From contig NC_016012.1 of NCBI RefSeq assembly GCF_000283555.1, positions 930,001 through 962,000 of the forward strand: DNA of 32,000 bases. Reading direction: 5' to 3'. Both the position numbers and the translations under genes were made by a program. Origin of the DNA: Candidatus Arthromitus sp. SFB-rat-Yit (GTDB lineage: Bacteria > Bacillota > Clostridia > Clostridiales > Clostridiaceae). Positions 9,390 through 18,179 of this stretch are shown one piece after another. The notes below the pieces were generated by a model. The model worked only from the letters and a program-made list of their open reading frames with translations. It ran no database searches and had not been told where the DNA came from. The number at the start of each line of letters is the position of its first letter. Position 1 is the stretch's first letter.

Positions 9390-9773
9390 CTACATGATAT
9401 TTAATATTGATTGCAGGACAGCCATTAATATAGGAACTGCCAAAAATAATATTAAAACTTTTCCACCGAATTCAACCTTTGATGCAATATTATTAGATCC
9501 TGCATCTTTACATATTTCACTACAAAAAGATGCTATGTAACTTATTGCCAATATTTTTAAAACAATATTTAAATAAACCGTATTTATATTTGCTTTTAAC
9601 GCCATCTCCTGAATGAATAATATAATCGCATTAAATTTTCCAAATATAAATATAAAAATAGAAACACCAACAAATAAAGAAATTATAACAGCCAAATCTT
9701 TCCTACTTTGTTGAACAATTATTATAAAAAATAATGCTATTAACGCAAAAAATGCTATTTTTATAATTTCCAT
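9390..9773 (-). CDS. spoIIIAD: Stage III sporulation protein AD
   Basis: 127 aa; VYLNIVLKILAISYIASFCSEICKDAGSNNIASKVEFGGKVLILFLAVPIL. Confidence 0.95.
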   Translation of the reverse strand: MEIIKIAFFALIALFFIIIVQQSRKDLAVIISLFVGVSIFIFIFGKFNAIILFIQEMALKANINTVYLNIVLKILAISYIASFCSEICKDAGSNNIASKVEFGGKVLILFLAVPILMAVLQSILNIM

Positions 9774-9781
9774 TCGATCAC

Positions 9782-9988
9782 CTATAATTGAAACATAGTC
9801 TTAATCGTATTAAATAAATCACCTATGAGTTGTATAACCATAAATAAAATTAAAACTATCCCCAAAATATTAGATAATGTCGCATACTCTTCCCTACCAA
9901 TACTTTTTAAAACCTTATCAAGAATTGCAACAAGAATTCCAACCCCACCAATTTTAAATATCATAGAAAAATCTAACATTTTATACAC
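9782..9988 (-). CDS. spoIIIAC: Stage III sporulation protein AC
   Basis: 68 aa; IFKIGGVGILVAILDKVLKSIGREEYATLSNILGIVLILFMVI. Confidence 0.95.
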   Translation of the reverse strand: MYKMLDFSMIFKIGGVGILVAILDKVLKSIGREEYATLSNILGIVLILFMVIQLIGDLFNTIKTMFQL

Positions 9989-9994
9989 TCTCCC

Positions 9995-10516
9995 CTATAT
10001 GAGAAAAATAACAATAATAGCTCCTACTCCAATTCCTAAAGTATTATAAACTTTTTTGTTCTTATTCCTAAATTCTATTGCCTCTCTCAATTGATCCTCT
10101 AAACGTTTTGTAAAAACTTCAAATACATTTTCGAATGAATTAAGATTATTATTTTCAATGTTATTGAAAAAATCATATATCATATCTAGATCTGATTGAT
10201 TCAAATACAATCTATCCTTGTTATTTTCAAAGACTTTCTTAACACAATCAACTAAATTGTAAAAATCCCCATTTTCAATTTCATCTGCAACCATATGTAA
10301 ATTTGCACTAAGTACAGATTTTTGAGTGCAAGATTCTCTTATTGCATAAGCTATTGGAGTTTTCATGAACATTATATTATTTTTAAATGAGTGAAAAATT
10401 GTTTCAAATTCCTGAAGCTCTTTTACTCTAAATTTGTAACTATTCCCAATCATTATTCCAATCAAAGAAATACACACAAAAATTATTAATAAGGCTATAA
10501 ATTTCACACTTATCAT
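9995..10516 (-). CDS. spoIIIAB: Stage III sporulation protein AB
   Basis: 173 aa; IGNSYKFRVKELQEFETIFHSFKNNIMFMKTPIAYAIRESC; operon position. Confidence 0.92.
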   Translation of the reverse strand: MISVKFIALLIIFVCISLIGIMIGNSYKFRVKELQEFETIFHSFKNNIMFMKTPIAYAIRESCTQKSVLSANLHMVADEIENGDFYNLVDCVKKVFENNKDRLYLNQSDLDMIYDFFNNIENNNLNSFENVFEVFTKRLEDQLREAIEFRNKNKKVYNTLGIGVGAIIVIFLI

Positions 10517-10518
10517 AT

Positions 10519-11415
10519 TTAAATCCTCTTCACTCTTTCCAGAGTTCCAACTCCATTCTTATTACTGAGTATCAAAATACATCTAAATATTTTCTCCATA
10601 CTAGTATTCAGATTACTCATACGTAACTTATTATAAAAATCTTCCTCACTATTTCCATGTATTGTTGAAATTATAGACACACCCGAATTATACGCAACTA
10701 ATATACTCTCAAAATCCTCTCTAGTCCCAATCTCATCACAAACTATAACTTCAGGAGCCATAGATCTTATAGCAAGAATTATTCCCTTACTTTTTAAACA
10801 ATTATCATATATATCAGTTCTAATACCTATATCTAATTGAGGAACTCCCCTGAAACTCGCTGCTATTTCACTTCTTTCATCAATAATAGATACCTTAAAT
10901 CCTCTATTAAGAGGACTATCACCGTTTGAAATAATCTTGGACAAATCTCTTAATAGAGTTGTTTTACCACATTTGGGCGGAGAAATTATAAGAGTATTTA
11001 AAATCTCACCACCTTTGTATATATGGTTAATAAATTTTTTCCCAAATCCTGAAACTTCCCTACATATCCTAATGTTCAATGATGAAATATTTTTCAAATA
11101 CTTTACTTCTCTATTTTCAAAAACCCATTCACCAGTTATTCCAACTCTATGCCCACCTTGTATCGTTATAAATCCTTGCTTAACATCTTCCTCAAAAGCA
11201 AAAATAGAATACTTACTAATTTTATTTATAGTAGCTCTAATATCCTCAATGGTCATTTTTATATTCAACACAATTTCTCTATCTGAAAAAATTAATATAA
11301 CAGGCTTGTTTACCTTCAATCTAATTTCTTGCAAACCATCTAAAGAACCATTTTTTTCCAATTGTTGTCTTAAATTAACGGAAAATAAATTTATTAAATC
11401 ACCTAACTTACTAAT
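10519..11415 (-). CDS. spoIIIAA: Stage III sporulation protein AA (ATPase); likely non-canonical ATT start
   Basis: P-loop region SPPKCGKTTLLRDLSKI, Walker B/Arg-rich EVIVCDEIGTREDFESI. The track start (TTG, 11361) omits a conserved-looking N-terminus (ISKLGDLINLFSVNLRQQ-LEKNG...LQEIRLKVNKPV); AGGAGG lies 9 nt upstream of ATT at 11415. Confidence 0.93.
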   Translation of the reverse strand: MSKLGDLINLFSVNLRQQLEKNGSLDGLQEIRLKVNKPVILIFSDREIVLNIKMTIEDIRATINKISKYSIFAFEEDVKQGFITIQGGHRVGITGEWVFENREVKYLKNISSLNIRICREVSGFGKKFINHIYKGGEILNTLIISPPKCGKTTLLRDLSKIISNGDSPLNRGFKVSIIDERSEIAASFRGVPQLDIGIRTDIYDNCLKSKGIILAIRSMAPEVIVCDEIGTREDFESILVAYNSGVSIISTIHGNSEEDFYNKLRMSNLNTSMEKIFRCILILSNKNGVGTLERVKRI

Positions 11416-11469
11416 GACTATATCCCTCCTTTCTAATAAATTATATTTTTTTTATTCTTTTTTAGTACA

Positions 11470-11510
11470 AAAAATAAAAAAGTTATTAGTAAAATCACTA
11501 ATAACTTTTT
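11470..11510. terminator. Terminator after efp, upstream of spoIIIAA
   Basis: AAAAAGTTATTAGT-aaaatc-ACTAATAACTTTTT hairpin with T-rich tail on the minus strand. Confidence 0.8.
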
Positions 11511-11524
11511 AAAAATACTATTAA

Positions 11525-12082
11525 TTACGCTCTTTCCATGTACTCACCAGTTCTAGTATCTATTCTTACTTTATCGCCTTCATTTATAAATAAAGGAACT
11601 TGAATTACAGTGCCTGTTTCAAGTTTAGCTGGCTTTAAAGTATTTGTTGCTGTATTACCCTTAAATCCTGGATCAGTTTCAATAACTTCTAATTCTACAA
11701 AATTAGGAGCTTCAACAGAAAAAGCTTCTCCTCTATAAAATTTTATAACAGCATTCATATTTTCTTTTAAATATTTTATTGCATCTTCTACTTTTTCATA
11801 ATTCAAAGGGATTTGTTCATACGTTTCTAAATCCATAAAATAGTATAAAGATTCATCATTATACAAGTATTCCATTTCTTTTCTTTCAATAACAGCCTCT
11901 TGAAATTTCTCTGATGGGTTAAAAGTTCTCTCAACAACTCCTCCAGCTATTACATTTCTTAATTTAGTTCTAACAAACGCTGCTCCTTTTCCTGGTTTTA
12001 CATGTAAAAAATCTATAACTATGTACACTTGACCATCATGTTCAAAAGTGGTACCTTTTCTTAAATCTCCTGCTGTTAACAT
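11525..12082 (-). CDS. efp: Translation elongation factor P
   Basis: [44 protein letters not shown]...[45 protein letters not shown]; the 12118 start adds non-homologous residues. Confidence 0.98.
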   Translation of the reverse strand: MLTAGDLRKGTTFEHDGQVYIVIDFLHVKPGKGAAFVRTKLRNVIAGGVVERTFNPSEKFQEAVIERKEMEYLYNDESLYYFMDLETYEQIPLNYEKVEDAIKYLKENMNAVIKFYRGEAFSVEAPNFVELEVIETDPGFKGNTATNTLKPAKLETGTVIQVPLFINEGDKVRIDTRTGEYMERA

Positions 12083-12160
12083 AACAATAATTAAACCTCC
12101 ACATCTTTTATTTCGCACATTAATTCTAACAAATTAAATTAAGGTATTCAATATATACGA

Positions 12161-12556
12161 CTACATTTCAGCTGATATATTAAAGCTAAATTCCAATTTA
12201 TTTTTCATAATATTGATCCTATTTATTCTTAAATGAGTAATATTATTTAAAAATTCTAAAAAACTATATGCATCATCGATGTACATATTTTGGTTTATAT
12301 CAAACCTAACCATATCATCTGTTAAATATTCAATATTATCTAAAATGATATTATTATTTAATAAGTCATTCTTAAAATTTAAAAATGCATTTTTTTTAGC
12401 CTGCTTAAATTCATCCTCATACGATCCAATACTATGTTGCATTAGCATAAATTTATCTACTTTAATTTTAGTTGATAGACTTATAAATATCATAATAAGT
12501 AAACAAAAAATTAAAATTCCTAATACAAATTTATATCTCTTAATTAACTTATTCAT
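12161..12556 (-). CDS. PilO-like inner-membrane alignment protein
   Basis: 131 aa; one N-terminal TM then a small alpha/beta domain, directly after a PilN-like gene in a pilus-like operon. Weak sequence signal. Confidence 0.45.
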   Translation of the reverse strand: MNKLIKRYKFVLGILIFCLLIMIFISLSTKIKVDKFMLMQHSIGSYEDEFKQAKKNAFLNFKNDLLNNNIILDNIEYLTDDMVRFDINQNMYIDDAYSFLEFLNNITHLRINRINIMKNKLEFSFNISAEM

Positions 12557-12558
12557 AT

Positions 12559-12993
12559 CTATACCCCTATGTCTATCTTATACAAATATAATCCATCATT
12601 TTCAGATACATATCCATATGACTTAATATCCAAATTGTGTTGTCTTAAATTATCAACTATACTATATATATATTTTTTATCTGCAATCTTCACATCAACA
12701 CTTATATGATTTGAAGTACAAACTATATTTTCTATAAATGGTTTTACATTATCAATTAATAGTAAAATAGGTTCAATATTATTTTGATACTCTTGACTTA
12801 TTTGATTTATAACACTAGATTGTCTTAAATTCATCAAATCATTGTAAATATTCCTATTTGTTAAAATATTTTTAGCTAATACGCCTATCAATATTAAAAT
12901 TATAAAAATATACGATATATACTTTCTATGCGTTCTTTTTAAAATCCTCTCTCTTTTTCCAAAACTTAGAAAATTTACTTCTAATGTAGTCAT
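12559..12993 (-). CDS. PilN-like protein
   Basis: 144 aa; VNFLSFGKRERILKRTHRKYISYIFIILILIGV resembles the PilN/Fimbrial assembly 'INLLP...' N-terminus plus TM; operon position. Confidence 0.55.
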   Translation of the reverse strand: MTTLEVNFLSFGKRERILKRTHRKYISYIFIILILIGVLAKNILTNRNIYNDLMNLRQSSVINQISQEYQNNIEPILLLIDNVKPFIENIVCTSNHISVDVKIADKKYIYSIVDNLRQHNLDIKSYGYVSENDGLYLYKIDIGV

Positions 12994-13705
12994 GTTCTCT
13001 TAATATTCCCTCCACATCATGATTTAAAAATGTGCATTTGAATTTTTCACTAAGTAATATACTATCTTGATCACAATTCAAGAAATATATATCATTATTA
13101 ATTGAAATTTTAAACTCTTCTTTAACTTCTTTAATATTATCAATTATATACATATCTAAATTGTTGAAAGTTTCTTTATTAATATAATTATTCAATAATA
13201 TCAAAGAATTTTTAAACATAATAATGTTATAATTCAAATCATCGATTTTATTTATTAGAATACCATTTTTAGTATTAAATTTATTTGATATATACTCAAT
13301 CATTACAAATTGCAAAGGTCTAACTACTAGATACGATTTATCTATATATTTTAAAATTTCTTGTATATCGTTTTTTATCTTCATAGCATATAACAATATA
13401 CGAACCTGTCCATTATTAATTTCTGAATCCAAAAGGAAATAATCATACAATATATCATCATCAAATCCATTAAAATAAAACTTTAATGAATTCAATATTC
13501 TATCCCCTATATAATTATCCAAAGGCATTATTAGAGATTTAATCAAAAAATCTCTAACCTCAAATATAATAATTGAATTTTTTATGTTGAATCTATTTAT
13601 ATCTTTAATATAAACATCTGATATATTTGATTTTTCATATTTATTTGTTATTTTTTTAAAATATATATCAAATTTATCCTTGTTATAATATATTAAATTC
13701 TTCAT
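12926..13705 (-). CDS. Degenerate PilM-like protein
   Basis: 259 aa; layout similar to PilM (KSLIMPLDNYIGDRILNSLKFYFNGFDDDILYDYFLL...RILLYAMKIKNDIQEILKYI...GILINKIDDLNYNIIMFKNSLIL) but without an obvious actin-like phosphate motif. Confidence 0.5.
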   Translation of the reverse strand: MKNLIYYNKDKFDIYFKKITNKYEKSNISDVYIKDINRFNIKNSIIIFEVRDFLIKSLIMPLDNYIGDRILNSLKFYFNGFDDDILYDYFLLDSEINNGQVRILLYAMKIKNDIQEILKYIDKSYLVVRPLQFVMIEYISNKFNTKNGILINKIDDLNYNIIMFKNSLILLNNYINKETFNNLDMYIIDNIKEVKEEFKISINNDIYFLNCDQDSILLSEKFKCTFLNHDVEGILREHDYIRSKFSKFWKKREDFKKNA

Positions 13706-13720
13706 AATCCCTCCAAAATG

Positions 13721-14161
13721 TTAAACTCTAAAAATACGAGCAAGATCTAATTTAATATCTCTTCCATTTTCTTCAGCATAAAAATAGTAACCCTTTTTAG
13801 TTATCCTATCATAATAAAGTAAAATTTTATCTCCATTTGGATTAATACTATTTCCTAATTTAAAATTCAATATATATAAATCTCCTTTAAATAATTTAAT
13901 ATTATTATTTATTACGTAATTCAAAAACGTCGTATCATCTGCTATTAGAGATTCATCTATAGCACTATAATAATCGTCTTTGTACATTTTAAATTTAAAT
14001 AAAAAATCATTAATTGGATCTATTTTATCTATTTCAGAAATATTTTCGTAATCCAAATAAGCTGAAATATTTTTGCTCATATAATTTGAATTCATTATCA
14101 AACTGAAAATTAATGTTAATACCATTAAAAATGGTATATAAACTATCCCTCTCTTCTTCAA
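13721..14161 (-). CDS. Prepilin-like protein lacking Glu5 (PilX/GspK-like)
   Basis: MKKRG|IVYIPFLMVLTLIFSLIMNS: basic leader, Gly, hydrophobic helix, with Pro at +5. Confidence 0.55.
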   Translation of the reverse strand: MKKRGIVYIPFLMVLTLIFSLIMNSNYMSKNISAYLDYENISEIDKIDPINDFLFKFKMYKDDYYSAIDESLIADDTTFLNYVINNNIKLFKGDLYILNFKLGNSINPNGDKILLYYDRITKKGYYFYAEENGRDIKLDLARIFRV

Positions 14162-14166
14162 AATAA

Positions 14167-14634
14167 TTATATATTATAAGACATAGATGAAATCGGTTTT
14201 ATTAATTCTATATCCCCCAATAAGATCTTAATAAAAACTAAATTCCCATTCTTATAAATTTTAAAATCATCCACATTTTTAAGTAAATTAGTTATATTTC
14301 TATCATCGTATTTTAAAGTTATTGTGCCATTTCCAAAAGTAATATCTCGTTTTTTTACATCACATCTTGTTGTATTTACAGGAATAATTTTCTTATAAGA
14401 TAGTTTGTTTTCACTATTCATTTTAAAATCAAACGCATATTCATTCAATTCACTATTTAAAAATGCCTCTAATTCACGAATTTTTAAAACATCTGTAGAT
14501 GTATTAATATTTGAAATAAGATATTTAACACTACTTATAATGTAATTATTAATAGATAATGCAATAACAATGAATATTGATAAGCTTATAATTGATTCTA
14601 AAAGTATATATCCCCTCTTTTTATGTCTTATAAT
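14167..14634 (-). CDS. Prepilin-like protein (Glu5 present); likely ATT/ATA start
   Basis: In-frame upstream extension reads IIRHKKRG|YILLESIISLSIFIVIALSINNYIISS, a prepilin N-terminus. Upstream GGAGG, no ATG/GTG/TTG between the upstream stop TAA and the motif. The track lists only 14167..14448. Confidence 0.75.
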   Translation of the reverse strand: MIRHKKRGYILLESIISLSIFIVIALSINNYIISSVKYLISNINTSTDVLKIRELEAFLNSELNEYAFDFKMNSENKLSYKKIIPVNTTRCDVKKRDITFGNGTITLKYDDRNITNLLKNVDDFKIYKNGNLVFIKILLGDIELIKPISSMSYNI

Positions 14635-14653
14635 ATCAAGTCCACCTCCAATA

Positions 14654-15049
14654 TCAAATTTTTAATTTATCTTCAAATATCTTTTGATCACCTTTAATGT
14701 ACTCTATATTGATATCATTCATATCTTCATTAAAATATAAATGAAAATATTCAAAATTATCGTACTTGTAATTTTCGAAATGTTGGTTTAATTCTTTATA
14801 TCCACCGATTTTTATATTATTTGCATTTATGTAAACATCTCCTTTAATATGAAGATATTGCTTATTATAAAATAATTCGTGTTTTACAATATCAACTTTA
14901 TTTGTAATATCATTTGTTAATAAAACAGATCGCATGGTTTTAAGATTTATATTTATCATTCTTGAAATTGAAATACATAGCGTAGTTACCAAAATTATCG
15001 AAAATAAACTTTTAAACAATATTGATCCTCGCTTTTTATATTTACGCAT
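14654..15049 (-). CDS. Prepilin-like protein with Lys at +5
   Basis: MRKYKKRG|SILFKSLFSIILVTTLCISISRM. Confidence 0.6.
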   Translation of the reverse strand: MRKYKKRGSILFKSLFSIILVTTLCISISRMININLKTMRSVLLTNDITNKVDIVKHELFYNKQYLHIKGDVYINANNIKIGGYKELNQHFENYKYDNFEYFHLYFNEDMNDINIEYIKGDQKIFEDKLKI

Positions 15050-15476
15050 AATTCACTTTCCCTGTTATAGTTGAAATTGTAATTTTGTTCAGCTTATCGT
15101 GAAAATAATATGAGAATGTAGCTCCTCTAGTTATAGCTCCATTATCTTCTATAATTAATCTAGAATTATAAATTCCATTAAAATTTACCATCTTTATATA
15201 TTTTGGAAAATCAAATCTATCTACAATTTCATTTTGATTATTTGAAAGCAAAATCCTTTTCTCATAAAATTTTAATATATAAATGTTCGAAGTATTAATT
15301 GCAGAATATTTTCCCCTATTTACAAAATCTATAAATTCCAATTTAAATTTTGTATGAGTATAATTGTCATAAATTTTTTTGATCACAAATAAATTAAGAG
15401 TCAGAGCTCCGACTATAATCATCAATATAACCAATGAAGTTATATTTTCTAAAAGTAATATTCCACTTTTCCTCAT
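15042..15476 (-). CDS. Prepilin-like protein (Glu5 present)
   Basis: MRKSG|ILLLENITSLVILMIIVGALTLNLFVI; start moved from 15509 to the Met beginning the leader peptide. Confidence 0.7.
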   Translation of the reverse strand: MRKSGILLLENITSLVILMIIVGALTLNLFVIKKIYDNYTHTKFKLEFIDFVNRGKYSAINTSNIYILKFYEKRILLSNNQNEIVDRFDFPKYIKMVNFNGIYNSRLIIEDNGAITRGATFSYYFHDKLNKITISTITGKVNYA

Positions 15477-15477
15477 A

Positions 15478-16671
15478 TCATCCACCCCATAAGGAATTAA
15501 AATTCTCATATGATATCAAAGGAATAATAAATATTGAAATAAATACCAAAACGATTATTCCACAAATTACTATAAAAATTGGCTCTATCAATTTTGAATA
15601 TCTTTCAAAACTTTCATAATGTCTTTTAGAATAGGTTGTCCAAATATTTTTTAATGCTAATGCTAAATTTGAACTTTTCTCACCAACGCTTATTATAGAG
15701 ATGACTTCTGAATCAAAGATCTTAGTATTTGTTAATGCCTCACAAAAATCAGATCCTTGATTAATCTCCCCATAAATATAATTTGCATATTTACTGCAAT
15801 CATCATTACCTAAACTACCTATTATCTTTAATGCTGTAGCTAGATCTATTCCACTATCTATTATGTAATATAACATCTGAATAAATTTAAGCTGACACTT
15901 CTTAAAATGAATTTTACTAATTATAGGGATCTTAAATATTATCTTGGCAAAACACACTCTATTCTTAATCAAAGTCATAAATAAAGTTATACTTCCTATC
16001 ATTAATGTACAAAATGTAAAATAGTTGTCTTTTATAAACAAACATACATCTATAAAAATTCTACTTAAATTTGGTAAATTAGAAATTTGTGATTGAAATG
16101 AATTGAAATAACTAGGTATAAAAACTAGAATACATAAATTAAACATAATTATTAAAAATGTAAATAATAAAATCGGATATGACATAGAAGATTTAATTTT
16201 ATTAGATATGTTGATCTTATCTTCATAATATTTATTCAAATTGTTAAGTACATCTGATAGTTTACCTGTTTCTTCACTAACTGATATCAATGATAAAAAT
16301 ATATTATCTAACTTATAATTCATCTTGCTCAAAGCATCATAAAATAAATTACCTTTTAATAACTTGCTGTAGAGAGAATCATAGAATTTATATTCTGATT
16401 TAAGTCTTGCGTTATTCTTTGAGTTATTACTAAAAATTTGAATAGCTTCTGTTAATGAAATTCCACTCTCTAAAAGAAAATATAAGTCCTCACAAAATCT
16501 CTTGTACCAAGTAATTTTCAATTTCTTCTTGAATACAAAAATTTTAGGGATTTTAAGCTTAAAATAAATTTTTAACTTGCATTTATATAAGAAATCTCTA
16601 AAATCACCTTCATAAAACTTAAATTTAAATTTTCTTTCCTCTTTAACCAAAACAAAATAATTCCCAATCAT
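15478..16671 (-). CDS. pilC: PilC/GspF family inner-membrane platform protein
   Basis: 397 aa; two T2SSF domains (FLLESGISLTEAIQIF...SLISVSEETGKLSDVLNNL; MLYYIIDSGIDLATALKII...ISVGEKSSNLALALKNI). Confidence 0.93.
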   Translation of the reverse strand: MIGNYFVLVKEERKFKFKFYEGDFRDFLYKCKLKIYFKLKIPKIFVFKKKLKITWYKRFCEDLYFLLESGISLTEAIQIFSNNSKNNARLKSEYKFYDSLYSKLLKGNLFYDALSKMNYKLDNIFLSLISVSEETGKLSDVLNNLNKYYEDKINISNKIKSSMSYPILLFTFLIIMFNLCILVFIPSYFNSFQSQISNLPNLSRIFIDVCLFIKDNYFTFCTLMIGSITLFMTLIKNRVCFAKIIFKIPIISKIHFKKCQLKFIQMLYYIIDSGIDLATALKIIGSLGNDDCSKYANYIYGEINQGSDFCEALTNTKIFDSEVISIISVGEKSSNLALALKNIWTTYSKRHYESFERYSKLIEPIFIVICGIIVLVFISIFIIPLISYENFNSLWGG

Positions 16672-18071
16672 TTCAGAATCTCCATATCTTTTATATAAAC
16701 TTCTCCACTTTCAATAAGAGTTTGTACATTTTGACTAAAAGAGTACTCAAAATATTTCATTTCAATATATTTTCTTATATCTGCCATTATTTTTTTCTTT
16801 AAGAGCATATCCTTTATTATATCATCTATCACTAAAATCTCACTTAATAAAATTCTTCCACTATAACCTGTAAATTTACATTTTTCACATCCATTTGGTG
16901 AATAATATTTTGCTTTTTCATATTTCTTGTTAAATACTATCATTTCATCAATATATTTTTTCTTCTTACATCTACATAACTTTTTTACAAGCCTTTGAGA
17001 TATAACCAAATCCAATGCGTCTATAGCTAAAAATTCACTAACTCCCAAATCAATTAACCTTGTTACTACAGATAATGAATCCTTAGCATGTATTGTTGAA
17101 AAAACCTTGTGTCCAACTACAGAAGACGACACAGCAACTTTTGCAGTTTCTTCATCACGAATTTCTCCAATCATTAATACATCTGGATCATGTCTTAATA
17201 TATTTTTTGATATTTCATCAAAAGTAAGCCCTGCTTTTTCATTAATAGAACTTTGATTTATTCCATCAATTTCATATTCAACTGGATCCTCTATAGTATA
17301 GATGCTTACTTTTTCAGTATTTATATGCTCTATAAATTTATATAAAGTGGTTGACTTTCCGCTTCCAGTAGGTCCTGATAATATAATCATTCCATTTTTT
17401 TTCATAAGATACTTTTCTATAATTTCGATTTGTTCTTCACTAAATCCAAGATCAATTATATTTTCATATTCATTCCTATTATTATGGATTCTTATAGAAA
17501 TTTTTTCTCCCTTAGATGTAAGGAGTGTCGAAACCCTCAAATTATATTTAAAATCATTGTATTTATATGTAATTTTTCCATCTTGAGATATCCTCTTCTC
17601 GGTTATATCTAAATTACTCATGACTTTTATCTTTGTTGATATGAATTTATGTGCTCGAAATGAAAGTTTTTTAAACATCTCAAGCTCCCCATTACGCCTA
17701 AAACGAACATTAGATCCAGATTTATTTGGTTCAATATGTATATCACTTACCTTCATATCTATAGCTGTCCTAATGGTATCATCATATATATCATCTAGGT
17801 TTTCATCCGATAAATTTTGTCTCGATTTAAAAACTTCATAATAATGAGCTATATTTTGTTGCACACTTTCTATAGAGCGTATATATGGAACAACGTTATC
17901 ATTAAACATAACCTTTAAATCATTTATAACCTTGTCCATAATTTCAGAACAAATTATTATAACTCCATTATCATATCTCCTAATTGGTAAAACATTAAAT
18001 TTTGTCGCAAAATCATAATTAACATAATTTAATAAATCCAATTCAATATCTTCTAAAACCAAACTTATCAC
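16668..18071 (-). CDS. pilB: PilB/GspE family assembly ATPase
   Basis: 467 aa; Walker A GPTGSGKSTTLY, Asp box YTIEDPVEYE, Walker B DVLMIGEIRDEETA, tetracysteine CRCKKK...GCEKC. Confidence 0.95.
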   Translation of the reverse strand: MISLVLEDIELDLLNYVNYDFATKFNVLPIRRYDNGVIIICSEIMDKVINDLKVMFNDNVVPYIRSIESVQQNIAHYYEVFKSRQNLSDENLDDIYDDTIRTAIDMKVSDIHIEPNKSGSNVRFRRNGELEMFKKLSFRAHKFISTKIKVMSNLDITEKRISQDGKITYKYNDFKYNLRVSTLLTSKGEKISIRIHNNRNEYENIIDLGFSEEQIEIIEKYLMKKNGMIILSGPTGSGKSTTLYKFIEHINTEKVSIYTIEDPVEYEIDGINQSSINEKAGLTFDEISKNILRHDPDVLMIGEIRDEETAKVAVSSSVVGHKVFSTIHAKDSLSVVTRLIDLGVSEFLAIDALDLVISQRLVKKLCRCKKKKYIDEMIVFNKKYEKAKYYSPNGCEKCKFTGYSGRILLSEILVIDDIIKDMLLKKKIMADIRKYIEMKYFEYSFSQNVQTLIESGEVYIKDMEILK

Positions 18072-18160
18072 CCCGATTAGTTAAATATATTTTGATTATT
18101 TCATTAAATTTTCAAAATATACAGACTTTATATTAAATAATAAAATTTTTAATATTTGTA

Positions 18161-18169
18161 TGTTATAAT
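18161..18169 (+). promoter_or_regulatory. Extended -10 promoter element upstream of rqcH
   Basis: Exact TGTTATAAT (TGnTATAAT), 11 nt upstream of the start codon; no good -35. Confidence 0.4.
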
Positions 18170-18179
18170 TTAAAATGAG

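Noticed and set aside
10937-11512. 191-aa plus-strand ORF antisense to spoIIIAA
   Set aside because: It mirrors the conserved ATPase coding strand and spans the terminator and the SD region.
12083-12118. N-terminal extension [12 protein letters not shown] of EF-P in the ORF track
   Set aside because: The conserved EF-P begins near [10 protein letters not shown]; the extension is unrelated upstream sequence.
12279-12626. 115-aa plus-strand ORF antisense to pilO/pilN-like genes
   Set aside because: Low-complexity translation with no plausible SD or motif; best explained as a shadow ORF.
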